Shown here piece by piece: positions 40,688 to 53,662 of a stretch of DNA of 64,000 nucleotides. This DNA is from Klebsormidium nitens (taxonomy: Eukaryota > Plantae > Klebsormidiophyceae), in the NCBI GenBank assembly GCA_000708835.1, contig DF237056.1, forward strand, positions 124,001 through 188,000, read 5' to 3'. The position numbers and the translations under genes were made by a program. The notes beneath the pieces are model-generated. The model was not told where the DNA came from and did no database searches. It saw nothing but the letters and a program-made list of their open reading frames with translations. Each line of letters starts with the position of its first letter. The stretch's first letter is position 1.

Positions 40688-42314
40688 CGGGATTGAGGAG
40701 TTTGTTGGTGCTTTACGGTTAATTTGCGTATGGCGGTGGTTGTGAGTAGGGATGGAATACTGTTAACGGTGGTGGTGAGAGGGATGGTTATTGCCTAAGT
40801 GGTAAGGTAGATATTGAGCCAAACATTTTGCAAGTTGCGGGCGCCTACCTAGTTCTTGCACGCACAGATAGCGAAACTCTAGATTGCGGCCTGTATATAA
40901 ATCTTTGATGGAAGATATGCTGAGCTGGTTTTAGGTTTTCAATCCTGTCAATTCTACTTAGTATGTGAGTGTCTGTTCTTGAACGAGTCCTTTGAGTGGA
41001 TCTAACAATCTTAATCTATGCCGCCCTGAATTTCACTGGCGCGAAGAAATCTCAATCGCCTATACCATATACCCTCCGACCGATCATTGTACGTACATGT
41101 CGAATTATTTGTTTCTCACAAGCTGGCAACTACCTCGATATACTGGTGTCGTCTCTTTAAAACCTCAATTCTTACCAACACGAACACCGACAGGCGCTAA
41201 CACTCGTTCGAACACGGTCCTATGCGAATTGCATGAACGAATTGTGCCAGTGCCGTCATGACACCGGTTGATGTTGATATTCGGCTGCAATATGGACAGC
41301 TAGTGCCAGGTTGGCTGCTTCCTGCCATATATAGAGCTAGTGCTAGGTTACCGGTATATAACGACATGCCGACCATGCACGCTACTAACCATGAGAAGCT
41401 TCACATCCATGTCATACTTTTCTGCGTTTATGCCCAATTTTAAATGGCATGCATGATAACTTGCATCCGTGCATCAAGTTCGGGCCTTAGTTGAATAATT
41501 GCCCAGTGCGCAGCTTCTATAGTGACTGTCCAAGATGAATTGCTTATCAATCAGCTTGGCAGAATTAACCAGATGCATACGCTTTGCTAACATGTGTCAG
41601 GAGCTTCTTTAGGCTAGCTTCTGAAGTCATTCCAACCTTCCAAGTGAGCATTGTTTCCGTCCCGATCCTGTCATGAATCTGCCACATTTGACTACGCTTC
41701 AAGGATAAGTTATCCTTGTCGCCCACACGATGTCCAGATATGTCAGAGCAACTCCAAAATCTGCGGAAGAAAAGGAACGAAAATTCAGATGAGCATGCTG
41801 TTTCCTGACGTAAAGACAGAAGAAAGGTCCTCGCTAAAAGGACTCCGGACGATGTAGGAAAGGCCCGAAAACATCCGCAATCCCAGTCACAAAGCGTTAG
41901 CTTTTCACGATTGGGTGGCCGACAAACTTCGTTAGGTTCGCTCGCAAGAATCCATGCTATCCTTCTATCTTCGTTAATGAAATCGTATGATAAGCTCTGA
42001 GGCCTCAGGCCGAAGCTGTTCCCACCGACATCAAGGACGCTTCCGAGCTTCCTGCCCGAGACTCTCATGGTCTGCGCACTTTTGCCAAAACTCAGAAAGC
42101 ACAATTGGACGAAGGCGGAGATATGAGACCCGACGGGACTATGCAAGGAGCAACCATGGGCGTATCTTTCAAGGATACTTGCACTGGATAAAAGCTAGCG
42201 GGGACGTCACCTGCTTCACTTTTTTCACCAAATTTGGGAGCCCTTCAAACGCCGACTGACACCAGCGGCAAAGTTTGAGCACGGGCGTTGAGCTCTTGAA
42301 CTTTTGAGCTTTCT

Positions 42315-44354
42315 TCAAATACATGGGAGGACCAATTCTTGTACAAAGAAGAGCATCTTAGTGACGAGCACTCGAAAGAGCGAGTGTGTCTGGCCGCTCA
42401 CGTTGATGGGCATCTCTTCAATGATGAAGCCCAGAGACTCTTCCAAGGACCGCAGCATGCCAACTTCCGCCGCAGCTACGAAGCTTAGTACGATGCCGCC
42501 TGCAGCAAAGGCATGGCAGGTGCGGTACTGATGAGGGCGACCACGTACGTGTTGGTCCCGGTCAACATGACGCCCTGCCTGGAATGCGTCCGACTGATCA
42601 ACTCAAGAGGTGAGACCGCCAATTTTTTTCAACCCAGGCAAAACAGGGCGTAACAGCTCGTGGTGCTCAGAGATCCTCAGCAATGAGAACAGACAGCTGT
42701 CCAACTTCGTCTCACTCACTTGAAGAGTGTGGCGCTCCCGACAGGAAGGACCGCGGTGGGGAGGATCCGGAGGGGGTGATCTTGGGCAGAGCGCTCGCTG
42801 CAGTTGGGCCGAGCACCGCAGCCACTCGGCGCGCGTACTGCTCCTGCACGGGAGACCAGGCGATGATTCCATTAGAGAGCCAATAAGATCGTGCTTTTAA
42901 CAGCTTCGTTCAAAATCACATCACAAGGTACCTGGGTGGAAGGTGTATTGGTGCGGTACTATCACTGACCCGCAGATCAATCTGCTTTGATCATTCGACA
43001 TTATGGTTTAACAACAAATTGCAACACCCAGTTCCCTAACCTCTATTCCGACGAACGTTTTGAGAGCTGAGGCACAGACGAATGAACGCCAGGTGACGCC
43101 TGCAACAATTGCAAAGCAATCATGCAGATTCGCGGAGCTTGTTGAGATGAGATTGAACACCGGCTGACACAAGCTGGTACGAGCTGCTGTCAATAAGAAT
43201 GGCGCCTGAATATTCTACGATGCTAAACAGCTGTGTCTATTACATTTGCACGTTCCACGGAGGCCTCACCTTCTTCAGCGGCAGCTCATAGTTGATCATC
43301 AGCTTTGCCAGCAGCGGGCTCTCGCCAAGAGCAGCCATTGGAAGGCACGCATCCGTCATCGCCAGAATGTTTAGTGCAGCCCTCGACAGCTTAGCTTGCT
43401 TTCCTTCCTCCTGATCTTCTACAGATTCTGCGCCCTTTTCCTCTTCTCCGGCAGGACTGCTTTCAGAGGGGGTGGGCTTGGCAGGAGGGCTTTCGGAAGG
43501 ATTTAGGGAGTGCTGTCGTCTGGCATGAAAGGCTGATAAGATTTTTGCGCGATCGCTTTCCACCATGTCGCTGTGCTGCAGATGGCATAGCAAAGCAGGT
43601 TTACTCCTTTGCTTTGGTAACAAAGAATCAAGAAGAAGTTGGTCTCCACGATCACCGAGAAAGTATATCCTGTACTTTAGCATCAACAGGCTGGCTATCG
43701 CTGCTGCTAATCAATATGCAGTCTGCACATGACTCCATTAACTGGACTGTTTAGATGGATGCAAGTACCGTTCTTGATTACATAAGTGGACGTGACAAAA
43801 GCTGGCCCAAGTTTGCAAGTACTCAACATCACTCAAGGACCCAAATGAATGCGTAAGCAGGCCAGATTTAGAATGGACACAAGAAACGTGTCGAGTACCA
43901 GCGCAACCTTTTGACAAAGTACATTTGCCCGGCTTTGCCTCACCAGACACTGGACAGAGAAGCGAGTCTCATATGCGATGGCGCCAACCAAGGCATCGAG
44001 CACATCCCGCGTGCCGCAGCAGATGCCAACCGCCACCTCACCCCTCCGCGCCAACACCTCCAATAGATCCTTCAAAGTTCCCAGCTTGAATTGGGGCCGC
44101 TCCACCGCCACGTAAAACTGGGGCAGACTGCTGTGCCCTGTCACTGGAGAGATGTATCGGCCGGCTGGGGGCTCTGATGAGCGGAGATCTAGAGTGGGGG
44201 GAGTTTCAGGGATGGTGTTTCGCAGGCCAGAAAGTGAGGGTGAGCTTGATGGGGAGTGGTGGCCCCGCCCGCTCGTGGTGGCAGCATTTTCATGGGGTTT
44301 CAGAGGGTGGCTGTAGGCAGGCCGCGGTTCGTCGTTTCCTGGACCGCTTGACAT
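42315..44354 (-). CDS. eIF4A-like helicase C-terminal (RecA2)-domain-only protein
   Basis: Exons 44354-43944, 43575-43270, 42843-42720, 42499-42402 are in phase. Motifs: QFYVAVERPQFKLGTLKDLL, ICCGTRDVLDAL, TDACLP...GESPLLAKLMINYELPLKKEQYARR, GIVLSFV...LRSLEESLGFIIEEMPIN. This matches my recollection of a conserved plant family (Arabidopsis At4g37020-like). The last few codons are unresolved; the end given is the read-through stop. Confidence 0.8.
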
Positions 44355-44904
44355 GCCTGCAACCAGCAATGCAGTGCGGAGACTTCTAACAGGCAATCTG
44401 TTATTGCTCCACGATTGGAAAGCGCTCAAAGGCAGTCCTAGGAATACGCCTGAGCTGCAAGGATTGATCAGCAGGTTCAATGCTGAGCTCTTTCTGGCTC
44501 AAGGCTCAAGCTAGGCCCTTGTCCTGGGCCGCGCTGACCTACACGAGACTTATCTTATTTCTGAAGAATCCGGGTAGTCGCCCAAAACCCATGCCGTCCC
44601 TCGCGTTCTTTGCTGCTTTTGCTTTCCATATCATTTCAGAGATTTCCTAGAGCTTACTGACGGCCGAAGTGCCGGTCCTTGAGCATCAACGTTAGAAACA
44701 GCGACGCGAACTCCGACTAGAAATTGCCTTCGCTGCGCAGAATTATAGGTACCCCACCAAGACTCAGAGTTGGTAAAAGTGAGGGCAGGGAGGCCTACAG
44801 CCTCAGGAGGGAGATTGCAAGTTGCAAAAAGGCGAGGAAAGGGGCGGAGATTATTACCTGACATATACCTAGACGGGGGTATTGTTGACAATCAGGCAAC
44901 GAAG

Positions 44905-47900
44905 ATGGCTGCAAAGGACTACCTTGCGGAGGAGCGCAGGAATCCAGCTTTTGATCTGCATGCAATGACGAATCTGATCTATGGAGGGCCGGTGAGCATT
45001 TTAAACTGATGAATCTTTTCTAAGCCTCTGTATCAGACATGATGCGAGGGACAGTTTGGTGCGTAATGATCGCACTTGTGAATGATTTGGAAAGCTTGTC
45101 AAGAAGTGCTTGATTTCTGAGTGGTGCAGTAATTGACATACATGAAGGCTGACCAGTCACCTTTGACAAAGCCCCTTCTGTTCCTGCATCAAATTCGAGT
45201 ATCCAAAAAGTTCAGAAGGATCAAAAAGTCTCTTAGTTTGAGCTGCTTGAGCTTCTCATTTCCCTCCCTTACCTTACCTTACCGGAATGCTGACCTGTGC
45301 AGGAGAAAGCAGAGAAATGGAAGGAGCTCAGTCGCCTGGTGGCAGCAGACCCTGTGTTCCGCAAGGACGATAAGTACCACCTCTCCAGGCCAGAGGCGTT
45401 CAAGAGGGCCCTGGAAAAGGTCAAGCAGGCTTACAAGCGGGTCCACGAACTTGGTCTAGACGGTGAGCGCTTGCTTTGTTGACCCACCTTGCGCACATCT
45501 TGATAGCCTGTTTATAACGGTTTGTTCAAAGGAGAGCCAAATTTTCAATGTTGAGCAGAACTTTCTTTGCTAGGACCACATCTTACAGCTGGTGTCGATT
45601 GGTGGCTTGTTGTCCATGCAACTGCAGCAGATCACGGGTTGTCAGTTGCTGACTTTCTGATCAGAAGAGCATTCCTTGAATCAATGGAGGGTTTGGCCAC
45701 ACCTATCTTTTGTTCAAAGACCACTACTGATTCTAGGAGTAATAGAAGATTGGGTTGATCACTCACTCATGTTTCAGAGACCTGTTTCTGGGACTTGTTT
45801 GGTTCGAATCCCCGCAAACAAGGACTATTTGTGTTTTCTTCACAAGGAGGTTCCTGCTTTTCCAGGAAGGGGAAGGCTTACTTCTGCTTTCCCCAAGCAA
45901 ACGTTTCTCAAACTTTGAGGATTACGCGGTTTTTCAATTGATGAAACAACCTTGAATGATGCCCTTTGCGCGAAAACATCTTTCTCAATTGATCGGTCAT
46001 GTTTTGTTAGATTCCGCATCTTCACTGGTCTGCAGCTGCCGACTCCCGCCTGTTCCGTGTGCTTGTGGACGAGCTTCAGGGCTCCGATTTGCACCATGGC
46101 ATGTTCATCCCCACAATCGAAGGGCAGGGAACAGAGGAGCAGAAGGCGAAATGGCTGCCGCTGGCCAACAGGTGACAGAAGACTTCGTTTTCAGATACTT
46201 CACAACTTAGCCTGAGACTATTCTTGTCTCGAGATAATCAGATGGCAATGGAGCCAATTGATCCGATTGATTGCTTTGCATCTAATGGACTGGCAAAATT
46301 CGCTTCTGGATGCCTCTGCCACTGACTTCTGTGGCATGCCGAAGTCACTGGAGTCGAATTGCACTGTAATGCTCATCAAAAATCAATGATCCAATACTTG
46401 GATCGCTGGCTGTTCATAGAGTTCCTTTTCAACTTATATGGTCCTCACCTTGCCGCATGGACGCCTTTGTAGATGATCCTGCTTGCTGTGGCGGCAGTCT
46501 GGTGGTATTTTCAGATGCTGGCAAAGTGTTAATCGCTGATGAAGTAGAAGGAAGATTAAACAAGCCTTTGATCGAAAGCTCCTGGTCAGATGTTTCCTGG
46601 TCTGGTTTGCAGCTATGCGATCCTTGGCTGCTACGCCCAGACCGAGATGGGCCACGGCTCAAACGTTCAAGGCCTGGAGACGACCGCTGACTACGACATT
46701 ACCACGCAAGAGTTCGTCATCAACAGCCCCACCCTGACATCGACAAAGGTGAGGGAAACCGTATCAGACTTAGAGATCCACTCTAATGAACATTGTGGCC
46801 TCTTCGCTGTTACTCGCTTCAATTTTGCACGTGTAGCGACTTTTGTTTGCATGCTGTAGCTCTCAGCAGGTCAACCCCTCAGGCGCTATCCGGAGGAGCT
46901 CGTGCCTTTTGACACGTAACGTCGAAGCATCTAGAAGCTCGGCCTACAAACCATCTAGTCTTCTTCAGAGACTCTTGTGTAGAGTTTACTCCCGTAGCTT
47001 AGGCCAGAGTCTTGAGTAACCCAGCTTCGTGACTTCTCAATCTCGCAGTGGTGGCCTGGAGGCCTTGGCAAGTTCTCGACACACGCAGTGGTGTTTGCCC
47101 GGCTGAGAACAAAGGGAGCAGATCATGGAGTACACCGTGAGTCTCTATCATGGTCGACTGTGCTCAGTGTGCACCCTGTTGTACTTCCAGTTTCCAAGAG
47201 GTAGAGATTTTGAAGAGGTTGATAAGCAGTTTAAGAAGCATACTCGAGAGTCAAAAAGTCTGGACGGCCATCTCAAATCTCCCAAGCCCCTCGTTTCAAC
47301 CTGCCTGCGATCTGGGTGGACAAACTTAGAAGCTCGTAGGGATTTCGCTTCACGAACCCCAGTAGAAAATATGGGATTGCCGCTCATCCTTGGCTTGGTA
47401 GCCAGAGGCTCTGTCCTGCGGACAAAGCGGGATAGAAGCGGGATCGTACTCGTTGTCGCCGACTTGATACGTGTTGGCTCTGTTCACAAACACCGCAACA
47501 AGATCATAGCGTTTTTCCTGCGGTACCCGCTTCCCTGGCACAACGTCGCCACAAATTCTAACGCTTCTTTGCGGCAGAGCAACAACATGACTTTCGATGA
47601 TACTCGTTTGAGGAAGCCGCATTGTTCGAGGATCAATCCAATAAACCTTTTTATCCTGATGTTGAGCTGACGTCCCTTCCATTTCCATTCGCTTGCAGCC
47701 TTCATTGTCCAGCTGCGAAGTTTGGACGATCACCGCTCTCTTCCTGGGATCACTGTGGGAGACATTGGGACCAAGTTTGGGCTGGGTGCCTACTTCACCG
47801 TCGATAACGGACTGCTCCGATTGGACCACGTCAGAGTGCCGCGGGACCAGCTGCTCATGAGGTGAGGCGCCCATCTGTGTCGACAATAAGCCAGTCAATA

Positions 47901-50900
47901 CACGCGGCTATCAACACGAATTGCTGACTGTTGGGCAAGTAATTGCGCTCTTCTGAGTTAATGCTTCTGTTCCTAACGCGCCAGTAGCTTTTCCTTTGAA
48001 CCAGTTTTAAAATGAACGAACAGAGCTTGTCTTTCTGTGTTCGGCCGTTTCGAAGCGAGTTTGGGCACTCCTGAGAAGAAAGGAGGTTACTGACTGATTC
48101 AGCCTCTTAATCCTGTTTGATTTGTGCCCTCGTCTTGGAGGCGTCAAGAGGACCTCTCGCCACTTTCGATAACGTCCCGCGATGTGATGTCCAGCTTATG
48201 CCGCTATTCATAGTTTTGCCCTGTTTGGTAGTAGTTTCTTCCTAAGAGGACCCTGCACCAAACGACCCAATTAGTTGATAGTAGTCCGTTGATGGATTAA
48301 AAGCTGAACGTGTCAACTTTGCACAGGTACGCAAAAGTCAGCCCTGACGGAACCTACTCGAAGCCCCCTCACGCGAAGCTGGCGTATGGAGCCATGGTCT
48401 ACGTCCGGGCGGGGATCGTGGAAGGGGCGGGGCATTACCTGGCAAAGGCAGTGACGATTGCGACCAGGTACAACGCAGTGCGGCGTCAATTTGGCGGCAA
48501 GGTTGGACTCGAGACGCAGGTGAGCTTCTTACAGCGCCGTTCAGCGACCTGGCAGTTGCCGAGGTGTGTTTACAAATCTGCTTTTGCTGGTGGTGGTGAG
48601 AGCGCTGTTAGGTCCGACCAACCGAACTGTCTACCCGTGCTCGAGAAAGCCCACTGCAGAGAAAGGTTTGGACGAGCCTGCAGGTTGTCGAGGCTGCAAT
48701 TTTCGCACACGCAAGTAAAGGAAATTGCTCAAAAAAGCAAGGGTGAAACGACGTTCTGCATTTCGAATCTCCACGGGTTCCGCTTCTTACAAACATTTCT
48801 GCAGCTTGTCGTTCTCTTTCGATTCAAGGCGGTTGTCTTCTCTTCAGACTGTATAGCGACTGCCAGATCTTCCAAGACATGATTTTTGTTTCCTTGTTTT
48901 GCAGATCATCGAGTACAAGACGCAACAACACCGGCTCTTTCCCCTTCTCGCCTCTGCCTACGCTTTTACCTTCACTGGCAAGTGGATGCGCAAGTTGTAC
49001 ACAGAGGTCATCGATCAGCTGAACCGAGGCAAGTGAAGCGTTGTACTTGGAAGCCTACACCAGGACTTGAAGTCTGATGTCATCGTACACACAGGATCAA
49101 GCCGCTAGAATCATGCCGCTTTTTATGCTTCTTGAATTCTGTCCTCGGTTGGCGAAAGCCGACCCTCTGACGTGGCAACTTGTAGACTGGGCGTACAGTA
49201 TTTCGTATCTTCACGGCACGGGTGGCTAAACTCGACAACGATGAACCGTTGCCAACTTCGAAGCAGCTTTTGGCTAGTCTGGAGCCAGTTCTTGATTTCA
49301 AACTCACTCTAGAACGAGAGGTCCGTCGATCTTCGTGTAGTCTTGCTGACATTTCCGCCGGCTTCTCCAATGTTACAGGTGACGTGTCCGGCCTCCCCGA
49401 GGTGCACGCCAGCACCGCGGGCCTCAAGGCGCTGACCACCAGCTTCACGGCAGACGGCATCGAGGAGTGCCGTAAGCTATGCGGCGGAAACGGATACCTT
49501 ATGGCGTCCGGCCTGCCCGACCTCTACTGCGCCTACGTGCCTGCGTGCACATACGAGGGGGACAACTACATCCTCTTTCTGCAGGTCCGTTGACCTTATC
49601 TCTAACACTCGCTCATTCCACTACTCTATCACGTCAGCTTTTTCTATCACGTCCTACTCTCTTCCCCTCTCTTCCCCTTTTGGCTTCTGATTTAAGTTTG
49701 CTGACTATTTGAAACTGTTGCCACTGCCGACTCGCATTACAAGCTCCTCCCACCGACCTTTCAAAGCTTGCTGGCGGACACTTTCGAGACTGTTACGCAG
49801 AAAGGTCTTCCATTTTCAGATTTTTGTGCTCGCAGTCACGTATCAAACGACCACCAAGTTCTTGGCAGATCTGACCCATTGGTTATACTACGAACCCTCG
49901 TGCAGCTGTTGGTATTACCTTTCCTGGTCTTTCTAGCTGATAGGTTTCTACCTACCTATCCTCGTTGATTGTTAGGAAGCTTATTCTGACAAGCTGGTTT
50001 TTTTCCAATATTATTCTTGTGCTTCACTAGTCCTCACTATCAGTTCTCAAGCCTCGTGGTCTCGTGCCTCCTTTCAGGTGGCACGGTATCTCATGAAGGT
50101 GGCATCACAACTGGCCAACGGAGAGAAGCCGTCGGGGGCTGCTCAGTACTTGGGGGATGCCCAGCGCCTCTGTTCCGTCCAGTGTCCGGCAAAATCCGCA
50201 GCGGACTTCCTGCGGCCAGAAGTGCAATTAGAGGCGCTCTCGGCTCGGGCGGCGCGGCTGGTGATTGGGAACGGGATGAGAATACAAGGGGCCAAGAACT
50301 TCGAGAAAGGTGAGGAGTGTTGTTGTCTGGCCGGAAGCTCTCTAATATGCTCCGGAGGAGTCCCAAGAGTTGAAGGTTTATGGAGCCCGATGCGCCTGTC
50401 AATCCAGTAGGGCTGGTGGTCGGGCGCAAAAACGTCGGGAAAGCTGCACGGATGCCATTCTTTTGCTAAGGGAAAGTCCTATTCGTTTCAATGTGAGCGG
50501 TTTGGGACTTGTAAGTTAGAGAGAAGTCACCAAGTCAGCAGGAATGCTGGCCGAGCACCGTAAGTTGAGTTGAGATTGAGTTGAGGCAGGCGTTGAATTT
50601 GGAGCCTTTAGTTTATCAGGAAGATATCAAGGTCTCTGCAGCTGGTTGAGAGAATGATGCTCCAACTTACCCATTTGGGCTACTCTCGAAAGGAAGTGTT
50701 AAGACAGTCGGATAAAGCAGATAGCCCCCAAGCGCTACTAGTCTTCATTTCGTGCGTTTGATTTATCAAATGAAAGACTTCGGAATCTTTGACATCCGTC
50801 ATCGGCCGAGGCATTTTGAGCAAAATCTTCGAACAAAGCGGTATCCCCAACTTTTTTTCTGCAGCCATCGCCGACTCCGCCGTTGAGATGGTCCGCATGT

Positions 50901-52286
50901 CGCGAGCGCACTGTCAACAAATCGTCGTGAGCAAATTCATCGAGCAGGTGCAGGTGAGAGCTGCTCCCCATTGCCGGCCACTCGAACAAAAGCCCAAAAA
51001 CTGCTCTCGGTTCATTGACGCTACGGTTTATGAAATGTTTGAAGTGCTCAAGCGTCAGTCCGGTTTCGAATGCCCTAAAAATACTTGGGCACTTTCGCAG
51101 TCTCGTCGCTTAGAGTCGTCAGGAATTGTGTGTAAGGTCCAACGTCTTCTCGAAATAGCCAAGAGGATCTTATGCATCTGCTACTCCTCGTTTCATGAAT
51201 TCCAAAGAAGACACATTGGCCCTCTGGATCTACTCACAGGGAAATAGCAGGGCGTACTGGCTGCGCCTGGCAGCAACGAAGAAACATGTGACCCGTTTTT
51301 GAGCTCCTGACGCTTGCCGAAAATTTCTCAGGTCGCCGGCAGCCACTCACAAATCAACACATCTGCCTGTTGTGCAGGGCGACATTGAGGGACGGGGCGT
51401 GCGTGACCAGCTGGTGCTGCTGTGCAACCTGTACGCGGTGTCCCAGATCGAGGCGAACTTGGGCGACCTTCTCGAAGTGGGCTATCTCAAGCCCAAGCAG
51501 GCGAGCTGGGTGCATGAGGCACTGGCAGAGCTGCTGATTCAGGTGAGCTGTCTTACCGCTTGGCCTTCGAGCTAGCTGTTTTCTGTAGGCTTCTAGCTTG
51601 TTGAGAGTTTGGTTTTGTCTCGATGCGTTAGTTTTGCCGAGATGCATTCCGTATCCTTTTACGTTGAATAGTTTTTAGATACTTTTTCGTTTTGCTCCAG
51701 CGAGTTATGCTTGCTGCTTCAGGTGGAACACTCCGCAAACCTTTCAGGTCGTTTAACGGTTGCTTCCGGCGAGTTATTTTCACCGGTTGAAGGACTCTCA
51801 GCCGTTCGCAACAATCCGACTCAGGGTCTGCTTAGCTAGACATCCCGACGGTTTTATTAAGGAGGAATGGACCAATACCAACGGTCTTTTTTAGCACTGT
51901 TCGGTAGTGGCTCACCGATCTGTGTGGAAGAGACGTTAACGATCAAGCACCAGTTCGTCAGATCTCTTGAAGGCATACAGGGCTAGCATTTGCTCATGGC
52001 TTTTGTAAGACCCAGACAGAAAAGACCGGTGCCCGCGAAGTCGTGCGCAATCACAATTATCCGTATGCAGGTCCGGCCGCAGGCGGTGAACCTGGTGGAT
52101 GCCTTCTCCTTCTCGAATCATTACCTGGGCTCCGCACTGGGCCGGTACGATGGTGACGTGTACACCGACCTGTATGCGCGAGCCTGGAAAGAGCCGCTCA
52201 ACAGTACAGACGTTGTGGACGGTTATACGGAGCACCTTCGGCCACTGATTAAGCAACAGGTGTGGCCGGTGCATTCACGGCTCTAG
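44905..52286 (+). CDS. ACX1: Peroxisomal acyl-CoA oxidase 1 (13 exons, 664 aa)
   Basis: Exons 44905-44991, 45303-45462, 46036-46171, 46613-46748, 47049-47136, 47699-47861, 48327-48519, 48905-49028, 49379-49584, 50078-50309, 50865-50953, 51378-51542, 52071-52286. Motifs: [30 protein letters not shown], catalytic TYEGDN. C-terminal SRL is a PTS1. Intron 8 is GC-AG. Confidence 0.96.
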
Positions 52287-52884
52287 CAATGGACACTTCT
52301 GCTACATTACGAGGCACGCAACGTCAGCTAGAGGATTCTATTTGCTCATTGGATGTGCGCTCCAAAAGCAATTGCACTACTAAGATCGACGCGCTTTCAG
52401 CATATTGCCCCTCGCTCAACAACCTTGCTGGGCGTAATATTCGTGTATTTCCAACATTTTGAGATCAGTCACAAAATTGCATCCGCTGTTCTGACCTTCT
52501 GCAATAAGATTTCCTTGAGATCCGTTTGTTTGGGTAGTGACAACTCAGAACTGGCTTAACGAAGATAGCAATACTCATTATGAAATCGAGTGAGGAACAA
52601 AGCAGAGAACTTGAGTCTGCAAGGAGCCTCATATAAGTTTCAATCTGTGGGAGTAAGTATCAAGGATACATTCCATTGTTGATAAATGAGGTTGACCTGC
52701 AATTAGCTGATTGTTGGTAAATGATGATGGACCTGCAATTAACAATTCGTTTTTGCGATGGCGACGTAGGCCACTAAGGCTTCTCAAAGCATGCATATGT
52801 GTATCATGTGGTTTTCAAACGGCTTGTTTACATATGGACATATTGCGAGTTATATTGAATCTACCAGACGTCCGGTCCAATTAT

Positions 52885-52972
52885 GCATCGCGACCCGACG
52901 AGACCGCGCGCGGTCGCGGGTCTGACCATCGTGGCGGCCGGCCTGGCCTGCTGTACGCGGCCGCGGCCCCTC
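52885..52972. repeat. GC-rich palindrome island
   Basis: Perfect 14-bp palindrome GACCGCGCGCGGTC (52902-52915). Motifs are shared with the islands at ~8.1 kb and ~17.3 kb. Confidence 0.5.
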
Positions 52973-53108
52973 CAAACTCACCGACCAAACCCTTCTAAAC
53001 TAGTCCGATCAGTCGTTGATGTCCTTGCACGATCGACGTACGGGTGTGGGACTTGCGCCTCGAGTATGACGGCACAGTTAATTTAGGAATAGTATTATTA
53101 GCCGTAGG

Positions 53109-53128
53109 NNNNNNNNNNNNNNNNNNNN
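53109..53128. other. Assembly gap (20 N)
   Basis: Run of n characters; spacing across it is unreliable. Confidence 1.
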
Positions 53129-53236
53129 AACTGTGCCAGTCAGAGTGACTGTGAGAGGGATTGCTCACTTCTTCGCCGTGGATTAGGAAACGCGACTTAT
53201 CGAACCCTTCGTAGGGTCTACTTCTTCGTTTTGCGA

Positions 53237-53277
53237 CACGTGGGAAGCATGCAAGCTAGCCTGCGATGGGCCACGTG
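53237..53277 (+). promoter_or_regulatory. G-box / RY / G-box cluster upstream of the LEA-like gene
   Basis: CACGTG at 53237-53242 and 53272-53277 with CATGCA at 53248-53253, about 400 bp upstream of ATG 53663. The motifs are short, so function is not demonstrated. Confidence 0.4.
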
Positions 53278-53662
53278 CTCTGTGACGCACAGCTGCCACA
53301 CGGCTTGCCACAAGGGCCGACAGTTGTCACTTCGCGACCTCGGGCCCGGCCCTAGCTAGTAGTGCATATGTTTGCTCGCTATCCGCCACGTTTCTTGTGG
53401 CGAACCAGAACTGAACGCCGCCCCCAGCTGAACTTTCAGCTAAGTCTCTGCTCGCACTGCAGACTGGGACTTCCGGCCATCCTGCTTTTGCTCTAACAAC
53501 GGGACATCCTGTTGCTTTTGATAAACTTGTTCAGAATTTCGTCATTTTGCCAGAATCCACTCGCTGCTATTCGCATTGCGCCTATCAAAACATCCTGCAA
53601 TCACTTTCATCAGTTCGCACACACTGCAACCTTCGACCACTAGTCAGCTAAAGTGAGGCAAC

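Noticed and set aside
45793-45821. GGTTCGAATCCC T-loop/B-box-like motif in an 8-bp hairpin
   Set aside because: No acceptor stem, D arm, anticodon arm or A-box around it; it lies in an ACX1 intron. Not a tRNA.
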